A stretch of 64,000 nt of DNA, taken from positions 90,396,001 to 90,460,000 of the forward strand of contig OZ024745.1 of NCBI GenBank assembly GCA_964016885.1, read 5' to 3'. The first letter of the stretch is position 1. Each line of letters starts with the position of its first letter. A program made the translations under genes and the position numbers. Source of the DNA: Eledone cirrhosa. Taxonomy: Eukaryota. Below are positions 11,621-26,400 of this stretch, one piece after another. The notes beneath the pieces are model-generated. The model saw only the letters and a list, made by a program, of their open reading frames with translations, had not been told where the DNA came from and searched no databases.

Positions 11621-12272
11621 CAATTGTTAATACTTTGAATAAACCCTATTCTACAGCCGACCACGTTATACTTCCCTCATTTACTATATATATATATAAT
11701 ATATCTTGTGTTTTATTCTGTGATTTTTTAATAAAATGAAAATGTTTAAATGATGTTTTACGTATTGTGGAACACCTTGTGTACAATAAATAAAATACAA
11801 TATTTGAGCTGTGTGTTGGGGGGGGGGGGTATCCTGTAATTTATCAACCATGCTACCAACAGTGTCCAAAATATCGTTACATCTTTAAGATAGTATAATG
11901 GGATTTAGTTGCTGTTTGTAACAGTTTGTCAACCTTGTAGACGTTTCCATCTGGGTTCGAAATAAAACACGGCTAGTCAGTGCCATAGAACATTTGTCGT
12001 GGCACAGTGGCCCTTTATACAAAAGAGAAGATACAAAAAAGTCAAGTATTCAACTAGACCACGAATATGGTCCCCCGGAGGTTAACTTTTTCTCTGCAGT
12101 TCTTGTCAATAACAAACTGTTTCACTTTCACTCGACACAAATACCATTTTTGGCTCGGGTCAATCTTTCTCTCTCTCTCTCTCTCTCTCCCTATATATAT
12201 ATATATGTGTGAGTGTGTGTGTATGTATATATACATAAATAAATATATACATATATGCATATATAAATATAT

Positions 12273-12344
<72 letters not shown>

Positions 12345-12387
12345 ATATACATAAATATATACATATATGCATAAATAAATATATGTA

Positions 12388-12483
<96 letters not shown>

Positions 12484-12964
12484 TCCGGTGTATCTCCGAT
12501 CGTTTTGTCACTCACTCAATGCTTTAATTAAACAAGTATCATTAGGATACCATCCAAAAAGGAAAGCAGAGTGCACACATATACGTTAAATGGCGAGAGA
12601 AACGATTTCCTGTGGGTAGAGAATTTGCGAAAACATAAAAGGTAATCCATAATATCACAAATCTAATCATGATCCGAATGCTATAAACAAGAAACCTGAA
12701 GAAGACAATATGAAATTTCCCGCCGGAACATTTCAAGTACTCCGCTATCAGCTCATAAATACATTGTAATTATACGCACAGAAATTTCAAACTAAGAGTC
12801 ACAACGAGTACAGTCGTGGTGTATTGTTACATGGCGGTACTGTACAGGCAGCTGTTGGGTGTTCTAAGACCATTCTGAACCAGTCAACGATGTTGGGCCA
12901 GTAAAAGACTGAAAGTATTCCGATGGTACTTCACCAAGATTTACTCAATGCTACAGAATAACTA

Positions 12965-13032
12965 GAGGTCAACTTTGCCTTTCGTCCATTTAAGGTCGAT
13001 AAAAATGTACCAGTCTTGTACTGAAGTCGATT
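12965..13032 (+). mobile_element. SINE fragment (Meta-domain-like core)
   Basis: GAGGTCAACTTTGCCTTTCGTCCATTTAAGGTCGATAAAAATGTACCAG matches 16511-16560. Confidence 0.7.
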
Positions 13033-13747
13033 ATTCCTCTATATATCTTTCTCTTAATCTCTACCCTTTTCAGGAAGAAATCTGCTGTTTAGTGTTAGGA
13101 CGAGATACTGCAGTAAATTAGGTTTCAAAAGCCCGCACATTTTCGATATCTTGCAATAAATCTGAACCTACCTTGATGTAAATGTATTCATGAGATACGG
13201 GGACATTCTCATTAAAATCCCTTATCAGCCGACATCTGAACAAAAAAATCAAATGAGGGCAGCAGTATCAAACTTCTTTATTCTAACTGCATGAAGGCCT
13301 TAGAAAGGGTAGTAAATAGCTCAGGCCATGCTGGAGCATGGCCATAGCGCATGAGCTGGCAAAAGATGAAAAATTAAATGTATAAAATTTTTTGTGTGCC
13401 GTGTGTGTGAGAGAGAGAGTGTGTGTGCCGTGTGTGTGTGTGTGTGAGAGAGAGAGGGTGCGTATGTGCCTGTGAGAGAGAGAGTGTGTGTGAGTGTGTG
13501 CGTGTCAGTGTCTGTGGGTGTGTGTTCACGCACACGTGTGTTATGATGAGTGTTATACAAAAATATGCAGAACGTAGGTCAGGATGTGTATATGTTATGA
13601 AAAGCTGAACTGTAAATGTTTGCATCACATGTCTCAACTTTTCTGTTATTTAAAATTAATCTTCATGCTCTACGGTTCTTATATATTTGATATATATTTA
13701 TCCTTATCGAGCCCTCTTTGGATTTTAGTCTTCAAATTTCTTATTAT

Positions 13748-13782
<35 letters not shown>

Positions 13783-13785
<3 letters not shown>

Positions 13786-13977
13786 CGAAGGAAATGTGGT
13801 AAGGAACCAGGTGGACCATAACGCATCAAAGTACTCAATACTTAGAGTAGTAGAGTGGGTAATAGGAACGAGTAGGACCCCGACGGCTGAGCTCAAGCCG
13901 TTTCGACGGCTAATTCTGTCCAGAATTAGCTGTCGAAACGGCTTGAGCTCAGCCGTCGGGGTCCTACTCGTTCCTAT
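13783..13977. mobile_element. Near-perfect fold-back (arms 13862-13918 and 13921-13977) carrying HHR 3' halves, plus an inverted tail
   Basis: Both arms carry CGAAACGGC TTGAGCTCA GCCGTC (stem III plus GUC). Related pieces lie at 2371-2410, 7508-7640 and 14232-14315. Confidence 0.75.
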
Positions 13978-14005
13978 ATATATATATATATTATAAACGG
14001 TTTTA

Positions 14006-14143
<138 letters not shown>

Positions 14144-14153
14144 GAGAGAGATG

Positions 14154-14201
14154 AGATTCTACAGGACTAGAACTATTTCATTCTTTAGAAATCATCAGGA
14201 A

Positions 14202-14204
<3 letters not shown>
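14154..14204 (-). ncRNA. Type I hammerhead ribozyme (same family as 9947-9997)
   Basis: Minus strand AGATTC-CTGATGA-TTTC TAAA GAAT-GAAA TAG TTCTAGTC CTG TA-GAATCT. Confidence 0.75.
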
Positions 14205-14233
<29 letters not shown>

Positions 14234-14310
14234 ACGAAGGAGTTGTGGTATATGAGTCCAGAAATAGCCATCGAAACGGCTTGAGCTCTGCCGTCGGGGT
14301 CATACACTTT

Positions 14311-14412
<102 letters not shown>

Positions 14413-14699
14413 TGTCCAATCAACTAACCTACCTTACTATATGTCTGCTGCAGGTAAATAAACCTCTGTCTCTTCATTAGGACATTATTTAAGCCGCTTA
14501 ATACCTCAAAGTTGAGAAGTTAACTGAAACTTATTTGTCTAAAAGTGAGTTTCTTTACTCGTGTCTCTCTGTGTCTGTGTGTGAGTGTGAGTGAGTGTGT
14601 GTGGGTCTGTCTGTGTAGGGTGTGCATGTGTGTTTGTGTGTATTTATGTGTATGTCAGTGTTTGTGTGTGGTGTATGTGAGTATGTTTATGTATATATG

Positions 14700-15472
14700 T
14701 GTTTATGTGTGTGTGTTAGTCTGTGTTAGTCTGTGTAGGGTGTGTCTGTGAGAGACTAGGTTTATGTGTGTTAGTCTGTGTAGGATGTGTGTGTGAGTGT
14801 GTGAGAGAGAGTAGGTTTATGTGTGTTAGTCTATGTAGGATGTGTGCGTGTGCATGTGAGTAGGTTTATGTGTGTTAGTCTATGTAGGATGTGTGTGTGT
14901 GTGAGTAGGTTTGTGTGTGTTAGTCTGTGTAGGATGTGTGTGAGGGTGTGTGTAAGAGTGCGTGTGTGAGTAGGTTTATGTGTGTTAGTCTATGTAGGAT
15001 GTGTGTGTGTGTGTGAGTAAGTTTATGTGTGTTAGTCTGTGTAGGATGTGTGTGAGGGTGTGTGTGTGAGTAGGTTTATGTGTGTTAGTCTGTGTAGGGT
15101 GTGTGTGTGAGTAGGTTTATGTGTGTTAGTCTGTGTAGGATGTGTGTGTGTGTGAGTAGGTTTATGTGTATTAGTCTGTGTAGCGTGTGTGTGTGTGTGA
15201 GTAGGTTTATGTGTTAGTCTGTGTAGCGTGTGTGTGAGTGTGTGTGTGTGTGAGTAGGTTTATGTGTATTAGGCTGTGTGGGGTGTGTGTGTGTGTGAGT
15301 AGGTTTATGTGTGTTAGTCTGTGTAGGGTGTGTGTATGTGAGAGTAGGTTTATATTAGTCTGTGTAGGATGTGTGTGTGTGAGTAGGATTATGTGTGTTA
15401 GTCTGTGTAGGGTGTGTGTGTGTGTGAGTAGGTTTGTGTGTGTTAGTCTGTGTAGGGTGTGTGTGTGTGTGT
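14700..15472. repeat. GT-rich minisatellite, ~40-60-bp unit with variable (GT)n
   Basis: GAGTAGGTTTATGTGTGTTAGTCTGTGTAGG(A/G)(TG)n recurs about 15 or more times. Confidence 0.92.
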
Positions 15473-15607
15473 GATGTGTATGTGTGAGTATGATGTGTGT
15501 ATGTATTTATAAGCGCTAATGTGGTGTCATCTGTGCGCCAGTAAATTTTAAATGTATATGTTTACGTATGTATATGTGTATGTTTATGTGTTTAAATAAA
15601 AGTATAT

Positions 15608-15674
<67 letters not shown>

Positions 15675-16111
15675 TGTGTGTGTGAGTGCGTCTGTATATA
15701 TGTGTGTTTGTGCGAATGTATCTGCTGTTGTGTGGGGGGCGTATACGTGTTTGTTTCTATGCGTGTGCCAGCGTGTCTGTGTGTTCATGTACATGTGTGT
15801 ATGTGTGTACATGTGTGAGCGTGTATGGGTCTGTGTGTGTGTACATGTGTGAGTGTGTACGTGTATGTATGTGATTCCATGTGTGTGTATAATGAAACAC
15901 TTCCGATGACCAAACACAGTAAGTACAGAGAACAAAAACCGAGAAACCGAGAAAAACAATTGGTTTGACAGGTGAAATATTTGTCATACCGACCTTCTCC
16001 ACCACCTTCTCCTCCACCACCTCCTCCTCCTCCGCTGCTATCATTACTACCACCGACAACACCAATAGCAATAACACCCTCATCAACAACAACGATAAAA
16101 TTACATCCTAA

Positions 16112-16382
16112 CCACCTTTAAAAAAATGGATACGCAGGATAAACAAAGGAGAGACACAAAATAAAAACCCAGTCATTGAGGAGGTCACATAATGTGTGAC
16201 GAAAGAGCTTTGACAATACATAAACAACCATCCGGTTATCGAACCAACCAAACAACCGGAAATTTATAATAAATTGAAGTGAAAACCTGTGTTTTTATTG
16301 GCAGCATGACCCTCCCAAAGTATAACAATATCTGTTTCAACACAGGTTTTCAAATAAGAAATCTTGCAAAAGAAATTAAAAA
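16112..16382 (+). mobile_element. Solo pLTR plus tail related to the PLE at 46274-47538, with degenerate HHR (16171-16214)
   Basis: AGTCA-TTGAGGA-GGTCACA TAATG TGTGAC-GAAAGAGCTT-TGAC and ATAATAAATTGAAGTGAAA...CATGACCCTCCCAAAGTATAACAATA match 47339-47538. Confidence 0.75.
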
Positions 16383-16417
16383 AAGAAATAATAATAATAT
16401 TATTAATATTCGGTTGA

Positions 16418-16640
16418 GGGCGATGGATTGGCAGTATCGGTAGAGGGTCGGACGCTATGCTTTGCAGCATAGAGTTACGGCCCTTTAGGATCTGGGTTCA
16501 AATCCCGCCGAGGTTAACTTTGCCTTTCATCCTTACGGGGTCGATAAAATAAAGTACCAGTAATACACTGGGGTAGATTTAATCGATTTTCCCCTCCCCC
16601 AATATTGCTGACATTTTGTCTATATAAGAAACCATTATTA
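16418..16640 (+). mobile_element. Near full-length tRNA-derived SINE (MetaSINE-like)
   Basis: A-box TGGCAGTATCGG, B-box GGTTCAAATCC, core GCCTTTCATCCTTACGGGGTCGATAAAATAAAGTACC, and an (ATT)n tail. Confidence 0.8.
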
Positions 16641-17419
16641 ATATTCGGTTCGTTTGCAAGCAAACAGCCTCATAACGCCATGTGTTTTCTAGACGATTAA
16701 GTCATCCTTTTCTTCAAGTGGTAGCAGAGAGGAAACAGTCTACAGTTTTTTCGGAGTTATTACCATTTATCAAAACTATGTATCTCTCGTCCGTGCCACC
16801 CTCTGAAACTGTTGAGAATACATAGTAAGTTACATACCGAGTGACCTGCAATTATATAGCGGTGTTTGGTGTTTGAAACTTTCAACGAACAGGGAAGATA
16901 ATTTCAAGAAATTAAGAATTAACTTCACAAAATTTAATTCATGTGCTTGGGGGAAGGGGAAGAAATAATGTGACAGTTACTGGCGTGTTTCAGTCCCATT
17001 GTGAGACATAGCCAAACTTGAGCCAAGGGTAATTTTATATAGAGAAAGGGGTTACGAATTGTTTTGGCCGGTAGTAATTTGCATAATAAAAATATTATGA
17101 GCTGAGGGATACTCTAAGTGGCTAATAGCATTGTAAGATTACAGCTGCAGTCAATTCAGTCATAAAGATAAAACTAATGAGGGATTACTACGTGAGCGAA
17201 TGCAAGAGATTTTCTGAAAGTCAACAAGGCAACCTCATAGTGGTTGCAGTATTTCCTGGAAATACCCCTCAATTAAACTATAACATCATAACATAGGGAG
17301 ATTAAATTATTCAATACAATCTTAGAAAAGTGGTATTGTCACGTGTAGGACACGTTTGATCATCGGTTGGCTCCATGACGTCTGACGTGAAATTCACCGT
17401 CACCATCATTAACAACATC

Positions 17420-20400
17420 AACTAACAAAACAAACAACATCATTAACAACACAATCAACATCACTAACAACACAGTCAACACCACTAACAACACAATCAA
17501 CACCACTAACAACAAAGTCAACACCACTAACAACACAATCAACATCACTAGCAACACAATCAACAGCACTAACAACACAATCAACATGACTAACAACACA
17601 GTCAACACCAATAACAACACAATCAACATCACTAACAACAGAGACAACACCTCTAGCAACACAGTCAACACCTCTAACAACACAGTCAATACCTCTAACA
17701 ACACAGTCAACTTCACTAACAACACAGTCAACTGTACTAACAACACAGTCCCCACCACTAACAACACAGTCACCACCACTAACAACACGGTCAACTTCAC
17801 TAACAACATAGTCAACACCACTAACAACACAGTCAACACCACTAACAGCACAGTCACCACCACTAACAACACAGTCAACACTACTAACAACACAATCAAC
17901 ATCACTAATAACAGAGACAACACCTCTAGCAACACAGTCAACACCTCTAACAACACGGTCAACTTCACTAACAACACAGTCAACACCACTAACAGCACAG
18001 TCAACACCACTAACAACACAGTCAATACAGCTAACAACACAGTCAACACCACTAACAACACAGTCAACACAGCTAACAACACAGTCAACACCACTAAGAA
18101 CACAGTCAACACCACTAACAACACAGTCAACACCACTAACAACACAGTCAACACAGCTAACAACACAGTCAACACCACTAAGAACACAGTCAACACCACT
18201 AAGAACACAGTCAACACCACTAACAACACAGTCAACACCACTAACAACACAGTCAACACCACTAACAACACAGTCAACACCACTAACAACACAGTCAACA
18301 CCACTAACAACACAGTCAACACCACTAACAACACAGTCAACACAACTAACAACACAGTCAACACCACTAACAACACAGTCAGTACCTCTAACAAGACAGT
18401 CAACTTCACTAACAAAACAATCAACACCACTAACAACACAGTCAACACCACTAACAGCACAGTCACCACCACTAACAACACAGTCAACACCACTAACAAG
18501 ACAATCAGCACCTCTAACAACACAATCCACACCACTAATAACACAGTCAACACCACTAACAACACAGTCAACACCACTAACAACACAGTCAACACCACTA
18601 ACAACACAGTCAACGCCACTAACAACACAGTCAACACCACTAACAATACAATCCACACCACTAACAATACAATCCACACCACTAACAACACAGTCAACAC
18701 CTCTAACAACACAATCCACACAACTAATAACACTGTTAACACCACTAACAACACAGTCAACGCCATTATCAACACAGTCAACACCTCTAACAACACAGTC
18801 AACACCACTAACAACACAGTCAACACCACTAACAACACAGTCAACACCTCTAACAACACAATCCACACCACTAATAACACTGTTAACACCACTAACATCA
18901 CGATCAACACCACGAACAACACAATCAACACCTCTAACAACACAGTCAACACCTCTAACAACACAGTCAACACCACTAACAACACAGTCAACACCACTAA
19001 CAACACAGTCAACACCTCTAACAACACAATCCACACCACTAATAACACTGTTAACACCACTAACATCACGATCAACACCACGAACAACACAGTCAACACT
19101 TCTAACAACACAGTCAACACCACTAACAACACAGTCAACACCACTAACAACACAGTCAACACCTCTAACAACACAGTCAACACCACTAACAACACAGTCA
19201 ACACCACTAACAACACAGTCAACACCACTAACAACACAATCAACACCACTAACAACACAGTCAACACCACTAACAACACAGTCAACACCACTAACAACAC
19301 AATCAACACCTCTAACAACACAGTCAACACCGCTAACAACAAGGTCAACTTCACTAACAACACAGTCGACACCACTAACAGCACTGTCAACACCTCTAAC
19401 AACACAGTCAACACCACTAACAACACAGTCAACACCACTAACAACACAGTCAACACCTCTAACAACACAGTCAACACCACTAACAACACAGTCAACACCA
19501 CTAACAACACAGTCAACACCACTAACAACACAATCAACACCACTAACAACACAGTGAACACCACTAACAACACAGTCAACACCACTAACAACACAGTCAA
19601 CACCACTAACAACACAGTCAACACCACTAACAACACAATCAACACCTCTAACAACACAGTCAACACCGCTAACAACAAGGTCAACTTCACTAACAACACA
19701 GTCAACACCACTAAGAACACAGTCAACACCACTAACAACACAGTCACCACCACTAACAACACAGTCAACACAGCTAACAACACAGTCAACACCACTAACA
19801 ACACAGTCAACACAGCTAACAACACAGTCACCACCACTAACAACACAGTCACCACCACTAACAACACAGTCAACACAACTAACAACACAATCAATACCAC
19901 TAACGACACAGTCAACACCACTAACAACACAATCAATACCACTAACAACACAGACAACACAACTATCAACACAGTCACCACCACTAACAACACAGTCACC
20001 ACCACTAACAACACAGTCAACACCACTAACAACACAGTCACCACCACTAACAACAGAGTCAACACCACTAACAACACAGTCAACACCACTAACAACACAG
20101 TTACCACCACTAACAACAGAGTCAACACCACTAACAACACAGTCACCACCACTAACAACACAGTCAACACCACTAACAACACAGTTACCACCACTAACAA
20201 CAGAGTCAACACCACTAACAACACAGTCAACACCACTAACAGCACAGTCACCACCACTAACAACACAGTCACCACCACTAACAACACAGTCACCACCACT
20301 AACAACACAGTCAACACCACTAACAACACAGTCAACACCTCTAACAACACAATCAATACCACTAACAACACAGTCAACACCACTAACAACACAGTCACCA

Positions 20401-23400
20401 CCACTAACAGCACAGTCACCACCACTAACAACACAGTCAACACCACTAACAACACAGTCAACACCTCTAACAACACAATCAATACCACTAACAACACAGT
20501 CAACACCACTAACAACACAGTCACCACCACTAACAACACAATCAATACCACTAACAACACAATCAATAGCACTAACAACACAGTCAACACCACTAACAAC
20601 ACAATCAATACCACTAACAACACAGTGAACACCACTAACAACACAGTCAACACCACTAACAACACAGTCACCACCACTAACAACACAGTCACCACCACTA
20701 ACAACACAGTCAACACCACTAACAACACAGTCAACACCGCTAACAACACAATCAATACCACTAACAACATAGTCAACACCACTAATATCACAGTCAACAC
20801 CTCTAACAACACAATCAATACCACTAACAACACAGTCAACACCACTAACAACACAATCAATACCACTAACAACACAGTCAACACCACTAACAACACAGTC
20901 AACACCACTAACAACACAGTCACCACCACTAACAACACAGTCAACACCACTAACAACACAATCAATACCACTAACAACACAGTCACCACCACTAACAACA
21001 CAGTCAACACCACTAACAACACAGTCACCACCACTAACAACACAGTCAACACCACTAACAACACAATCAATACCACTAACAACACAGTCAACACCACTAA
21101 CAACACAGTGAACACCACTAACAACACAGTCAACACCACTAACAACACAGTCAACACCACTAACAACACAATCAATACCACTAACAACACAGTCAACACC
21201 ACTAGCAACACAGTCAACACCTCTAACAACACAATCAATACCACTAACAACACAGTCAACACCACTAACAACACAGTCACCACCAGTAACTAAACAATCA
21301 ATACCACTAACAACACGATCAATACCACTAACAACACAATCAATACCACTAACAACACAGTCAACACCACTAACAACACAGTCAACACCACTAACAACAC
21401 AGTCAACACCACTAACAGCACAGTCACCACCACTAACAGCACAGTCAACACCACTAACAACACAGTCAACACCACTAACAACACAGTCACCACCACTAAC
21501 AACACAATCAATACCACTAACAACACAATCAATACCACTAACAACACAGTCAACACCACTAACAGCACAGTCACCACCACTAACAGCACAGTCACCACCA
21601 CTAACAGCACAGTCAACACCACTAATATCACAGTCACCACCACTAACAACACAGTCAACACCACTAACAACACAGTCAACACCACTAACAACACAGTCAA
21701 CACCACTAACAACACAGTCAACACCACTAATATCACAGTCACCACCACTAACAACACAATCAATACCACTAACAACACAATCAACACCACTAACAGCACA
21801 GTCACCACCACTAACAGCACAGTCACCACCACTAACAGCACAGTCAACACAACTAACAACACAGTCAACACCACTAACAACACAATCAATACCACTAACA
21901 ACACAATCAATACCACTAACAACACAGTCGACACCACTAACAACACAATCAATGCCACTAACAACACAATCAATACCACTAACAACACAGTCACCACCAC
22001 TAACAACAGAGTCAACACCACTAACAACACAGTCAACACCACTAATATCACAGTCACCACCACTAACAACACAGTCAACACCACTAACAACACAATCAAT
22101 ACCACTAACAACACAATCAATACCACTAACAACACAGTCGACACCACTAACAACACAATCAATGCCACTAACAACACAATCAATACCACTAACAACACAG
22201 TCACCACCACTAACAACAGAGTCAACACCACTAACAACACAGTCAACACCACTAACAGCACAGTCACCACCACTAACAGCACAGTCAACACCACTAACAA
22301 CACAGTCAACACCACTAACAACACAGTCAACACCACTAACAACACAGTCACCACCACTAACAACACAGTCACCACCACTAACAACACAGTCAACACCACT
22401 AACAACACAGTCAACACCACTAACAACACAGTCACCACCACTAACAACTCAGTCAACACCACTAACAACACAGTCACCACCACTAACAACACAGTCAACA
22501 CCACTAACAACACAGTCAACACCACTAACAACACAGTCACCACCACTAACAACACAGTCAACACCACTAACAACACAGTCAACACCACTAACAACACAGT
22601 CACCACCACTAACAACTCAGTCAACACCACTAACAACACAGTCAACACCACTAACAACACAGTCACCACCACTAACAACACAGTCAACAACACTAACAAC
22701 ACAGTCAACACAGCTAACAACACAGTCAACACCACTAACAACACAATCAACATCACTAACAACAGAGATAACACCTCTAGCAACACAGTCACCACCACTA
22801 ACAACACAATCAATACCACTAACAACACAGTCAACACCACTAACAACACAATCAATGCCACTAACAACACAGTCAACACAACTGTCAACACAGTCACCAC
22901 CACTAACAACACAGTCACCACCACTAACAACACAGTCAACACCACTAACAACACAGTCACCACCACTAACAACAGAGTCACAACTCTAACAACACAATCA
23001 ATACCACTAACAACAAAGTCAACACCACTAACAACACAGTCACCACCACTAACAACACAATCAATACCACTAACAACACCATCAATACCACTAACAACAC
23101 AGTCAACACCACTAACAACACAATCAATACCACTAACAACACCATCAATACCACTAACAACACAGTCAACACCACTAAGAACACAGTCAACACCACTAAC
23201 AGCACGGTCACCACCACTAACAACACAGTCAACACCACTAACAACACAGTCAACACCACTAACAACACAATCAATACCACTAACAACACAATCAATACCA
23301 CTAACAACAAAGTCAACACCACTAACAACACAGTCACCACCACTAACAACACAATCAATACCACTAACAACACCATCAATACCACTAACAACACAGTCAA

Positions 23401-26400
23401 CACCACTAACAACACAATCAATACCACTAACAACACAGTGAACACCACTAACAACACAGTCAACACCACTAACAACACAGTCACCACCACTAACAACACA
23501 GTCACCACCACTAACAACACAGTCAACACCACTAACAACACAGTCAACACCTCTAACAACACAATCAATACCACTAACAACACAGTCAACACAACTAATA
23601 TCACAGTCAACACCTCTAACAACACAATCAATACCACTAACAACACAGTCAACACCACTAACAACACAATCAATACCACTAACAACACAGTCGACACCAC
23701 TAACAACACAGTCAACACCACTAACAACAGAGTCAACACCACTAACAACACAGTCACCACCACTAACAACACAGTCAACACCACTAACAACACAGTCAAC
23801 ACCACTAACAACACTACCAACACCACTAACAACCCAGTCAACACCACTAACAACACAGTCAACACCACTAACAACAGAGTCAACACCACTAACAACACAG
23901 TCAACACCACTAACAGCACAGTCAACACCACTAATATCACAGTCACCACCACTAACAACACAGTCACCACCACTAACAACACAGTCACCACCACTAACAA
24001 CACAGTCAACATCACTAACAACACAGTCAACACCACTAACAACACAGTCAACACCACTAACAGTACAGTCCCCACCACTAACAGCACAGTCAACACCACT
24101 AATATCACAGTCACCACCACTAACAACACAGTCACCACCACTAACAACACAGTCACCACCACTAACAACACAGTCAACATCACTAACAACACAGTCAACA
24201 CCACTAACAACACAGTCAACACCACTAACAACACAGTCACCACCACTAACAACTCAGTCAACACAAACTAACAACACAGTCACCACCACTAACAACACAG
24301 TCAACACCACTAACAACACAGTCACCACCACTAACAACACAGTCACCACCACTAACAACACAGTCAACACCACTAACAACACAGTCAACACCACTAACAA
24401 CACAGTCACCACCACTAACAACTCAGTCAACACCACTAACAACACAGTCAACACCACTAACAACACAGTCACCACCACTAACAACACAGTCAACAACACT
24501 AACAACACAGTCAACACAGCTAACAACACAGTCAACACCACTAACAGCACAGTCAACACTACTAACAACACAGTCAACACTACTAACAACACAATCAACA
24601 TCACTAACAACAGAGACAACACCTCTAGCAACACAGTCAACAACTCTAACAACACAGTCAACACCTCTAACAGCACAGTCAACTTCACTAACAACACAGT
24701 CAACACCACTAACAGCACAGTCAAAACCACTAACAACACAGTCCCCACCACTAACAACACAGTCACCACCAATATCAAAACAGTCAACACCACTAACAAC
24801 ACAGTCCCCACCACTAACAACACAGTCAACACAGCTAACAACACAGTCAACACCACTAACAACACAGTCAATACCACTAAACAGCACAGTCAACACCACT
24901 AACAACACAGTCAACACTAGTAACAACACAATCAACATCACTAACAACAGAGACAACACCTCTAGCAACACAGTCAACAACTCTAACAACACAGTCAACA
25001 CCTCTAACAGCACAGTCAACACCACTAACAACACGGTCAACACTACTAACAACACAATCAACACATCTAGCAACACAGTCAACACCTCTAACAACACAGT
25101 CAACACAGCTAACAACACAGTTACCACCACTAACAACACAGTCAACACCACTAACAACACAGTCAACACCACTAACAACACAGTCAACACCATTAACAAC
25201 ACAGTCAATACCTCTAACAAGACAGTCAACTTCACTAATAAAACGATCAACACCACTAACAACACAGTCAACACCACTAACAACACATACAACACCTCTA
25301 ACAACACAGTCACCACCATTAACAACACAGTCAACAACACTAACAACACAGTCAACACAGCTAACAACACAGTCAACACCACTAACAACACAATCAACAT
25401 CACTAACAACAGAGATAACACCTCTAGCAACACAGTCACCACCACTAACAACACAATCAATACCACTAACAACACAGTCAACACCACTAACAACACAATC
25501 AATGCCACTAACAACACAGTCAACACAACTATCAACACAGTCACCACCACTAACAACACAGTCACCACCACTAACAACACAGTCACCACCACTAACAACA
25601 GAGTCAACACCACTAAGAACACAGTCAACACCACTAACAGCACGGTCACCACCACTAACAACACAGTCAACACCACTAACAACACAGTCAACACCACTAA
25701 CAACACAATCAATGCCACTAACAACACAGTCAACACAACTATCAACACAGTCACCACCACTAACAACACAGTCACCACCACTAACAACACAGTCAACACC
25801 AATAACAACACAGTCACCACCACTAACAACAGAGTCAACACCACTAAGAACACAGTCAACACCACTAACAGCACGGTCAACACCACTAACAACACAGTCA
25901 ACACCACTAACAACACAGTCACCACCACTAACAACACAGTCAACACCACTAACAACACAGTCACAACTCTAACAACACAATCAATACCACTAACAACAAA
26001 GTCAACACCACTAACAACACAGTCACCACCACTAACAACACAATCAATACCACTAACAACACCATCAATACCACTAACAACACAGTCAACACCACTAACA
26101 ACACAATCAATACCACTAACAACACAGTCGACACCACTAACAACACAATCAATACCACTAACAACAGAGTCAACACCACTAACAACACAGTCACCACCAC
26201 TAACAACACAGTCAACACCACTAACAACACAGTCAACACCACTAACAACACTACCAACACCACTAATAACACAGTCAACACCACTAACAACACAGTCAAC
26301 ACCACTAACAACACAGTCACCACCACTAACAACACAGTCACCACCACTAACAACACAGTCAACACCACTAACAACACAGTCAACACCTCGAACAACACAA

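Noticed and set aside
13783-13800. TAACGAAGG next to (TA)n as a variant hammerhead core (also 2371 and 14232)
   Set aside because: It is the reverse complement of the element tail end (CCTTCGTTA), not a catalytic core.
15972-16111. Possible S/T/N-rich exon after TTTGACAG (EIFVIPTFSTTFSSTTSSSSAAIITTTDNTNSNN...)
   Set aside because: The acceptor is weak, the frame ends in a stop with no donor, and degenerate triplet repeats explain it.
16418-16510. tRNA gene
   Set aside because: A and B boxes are present, but there is no cloverleaf and the sequence continues into a SINE core and tail.
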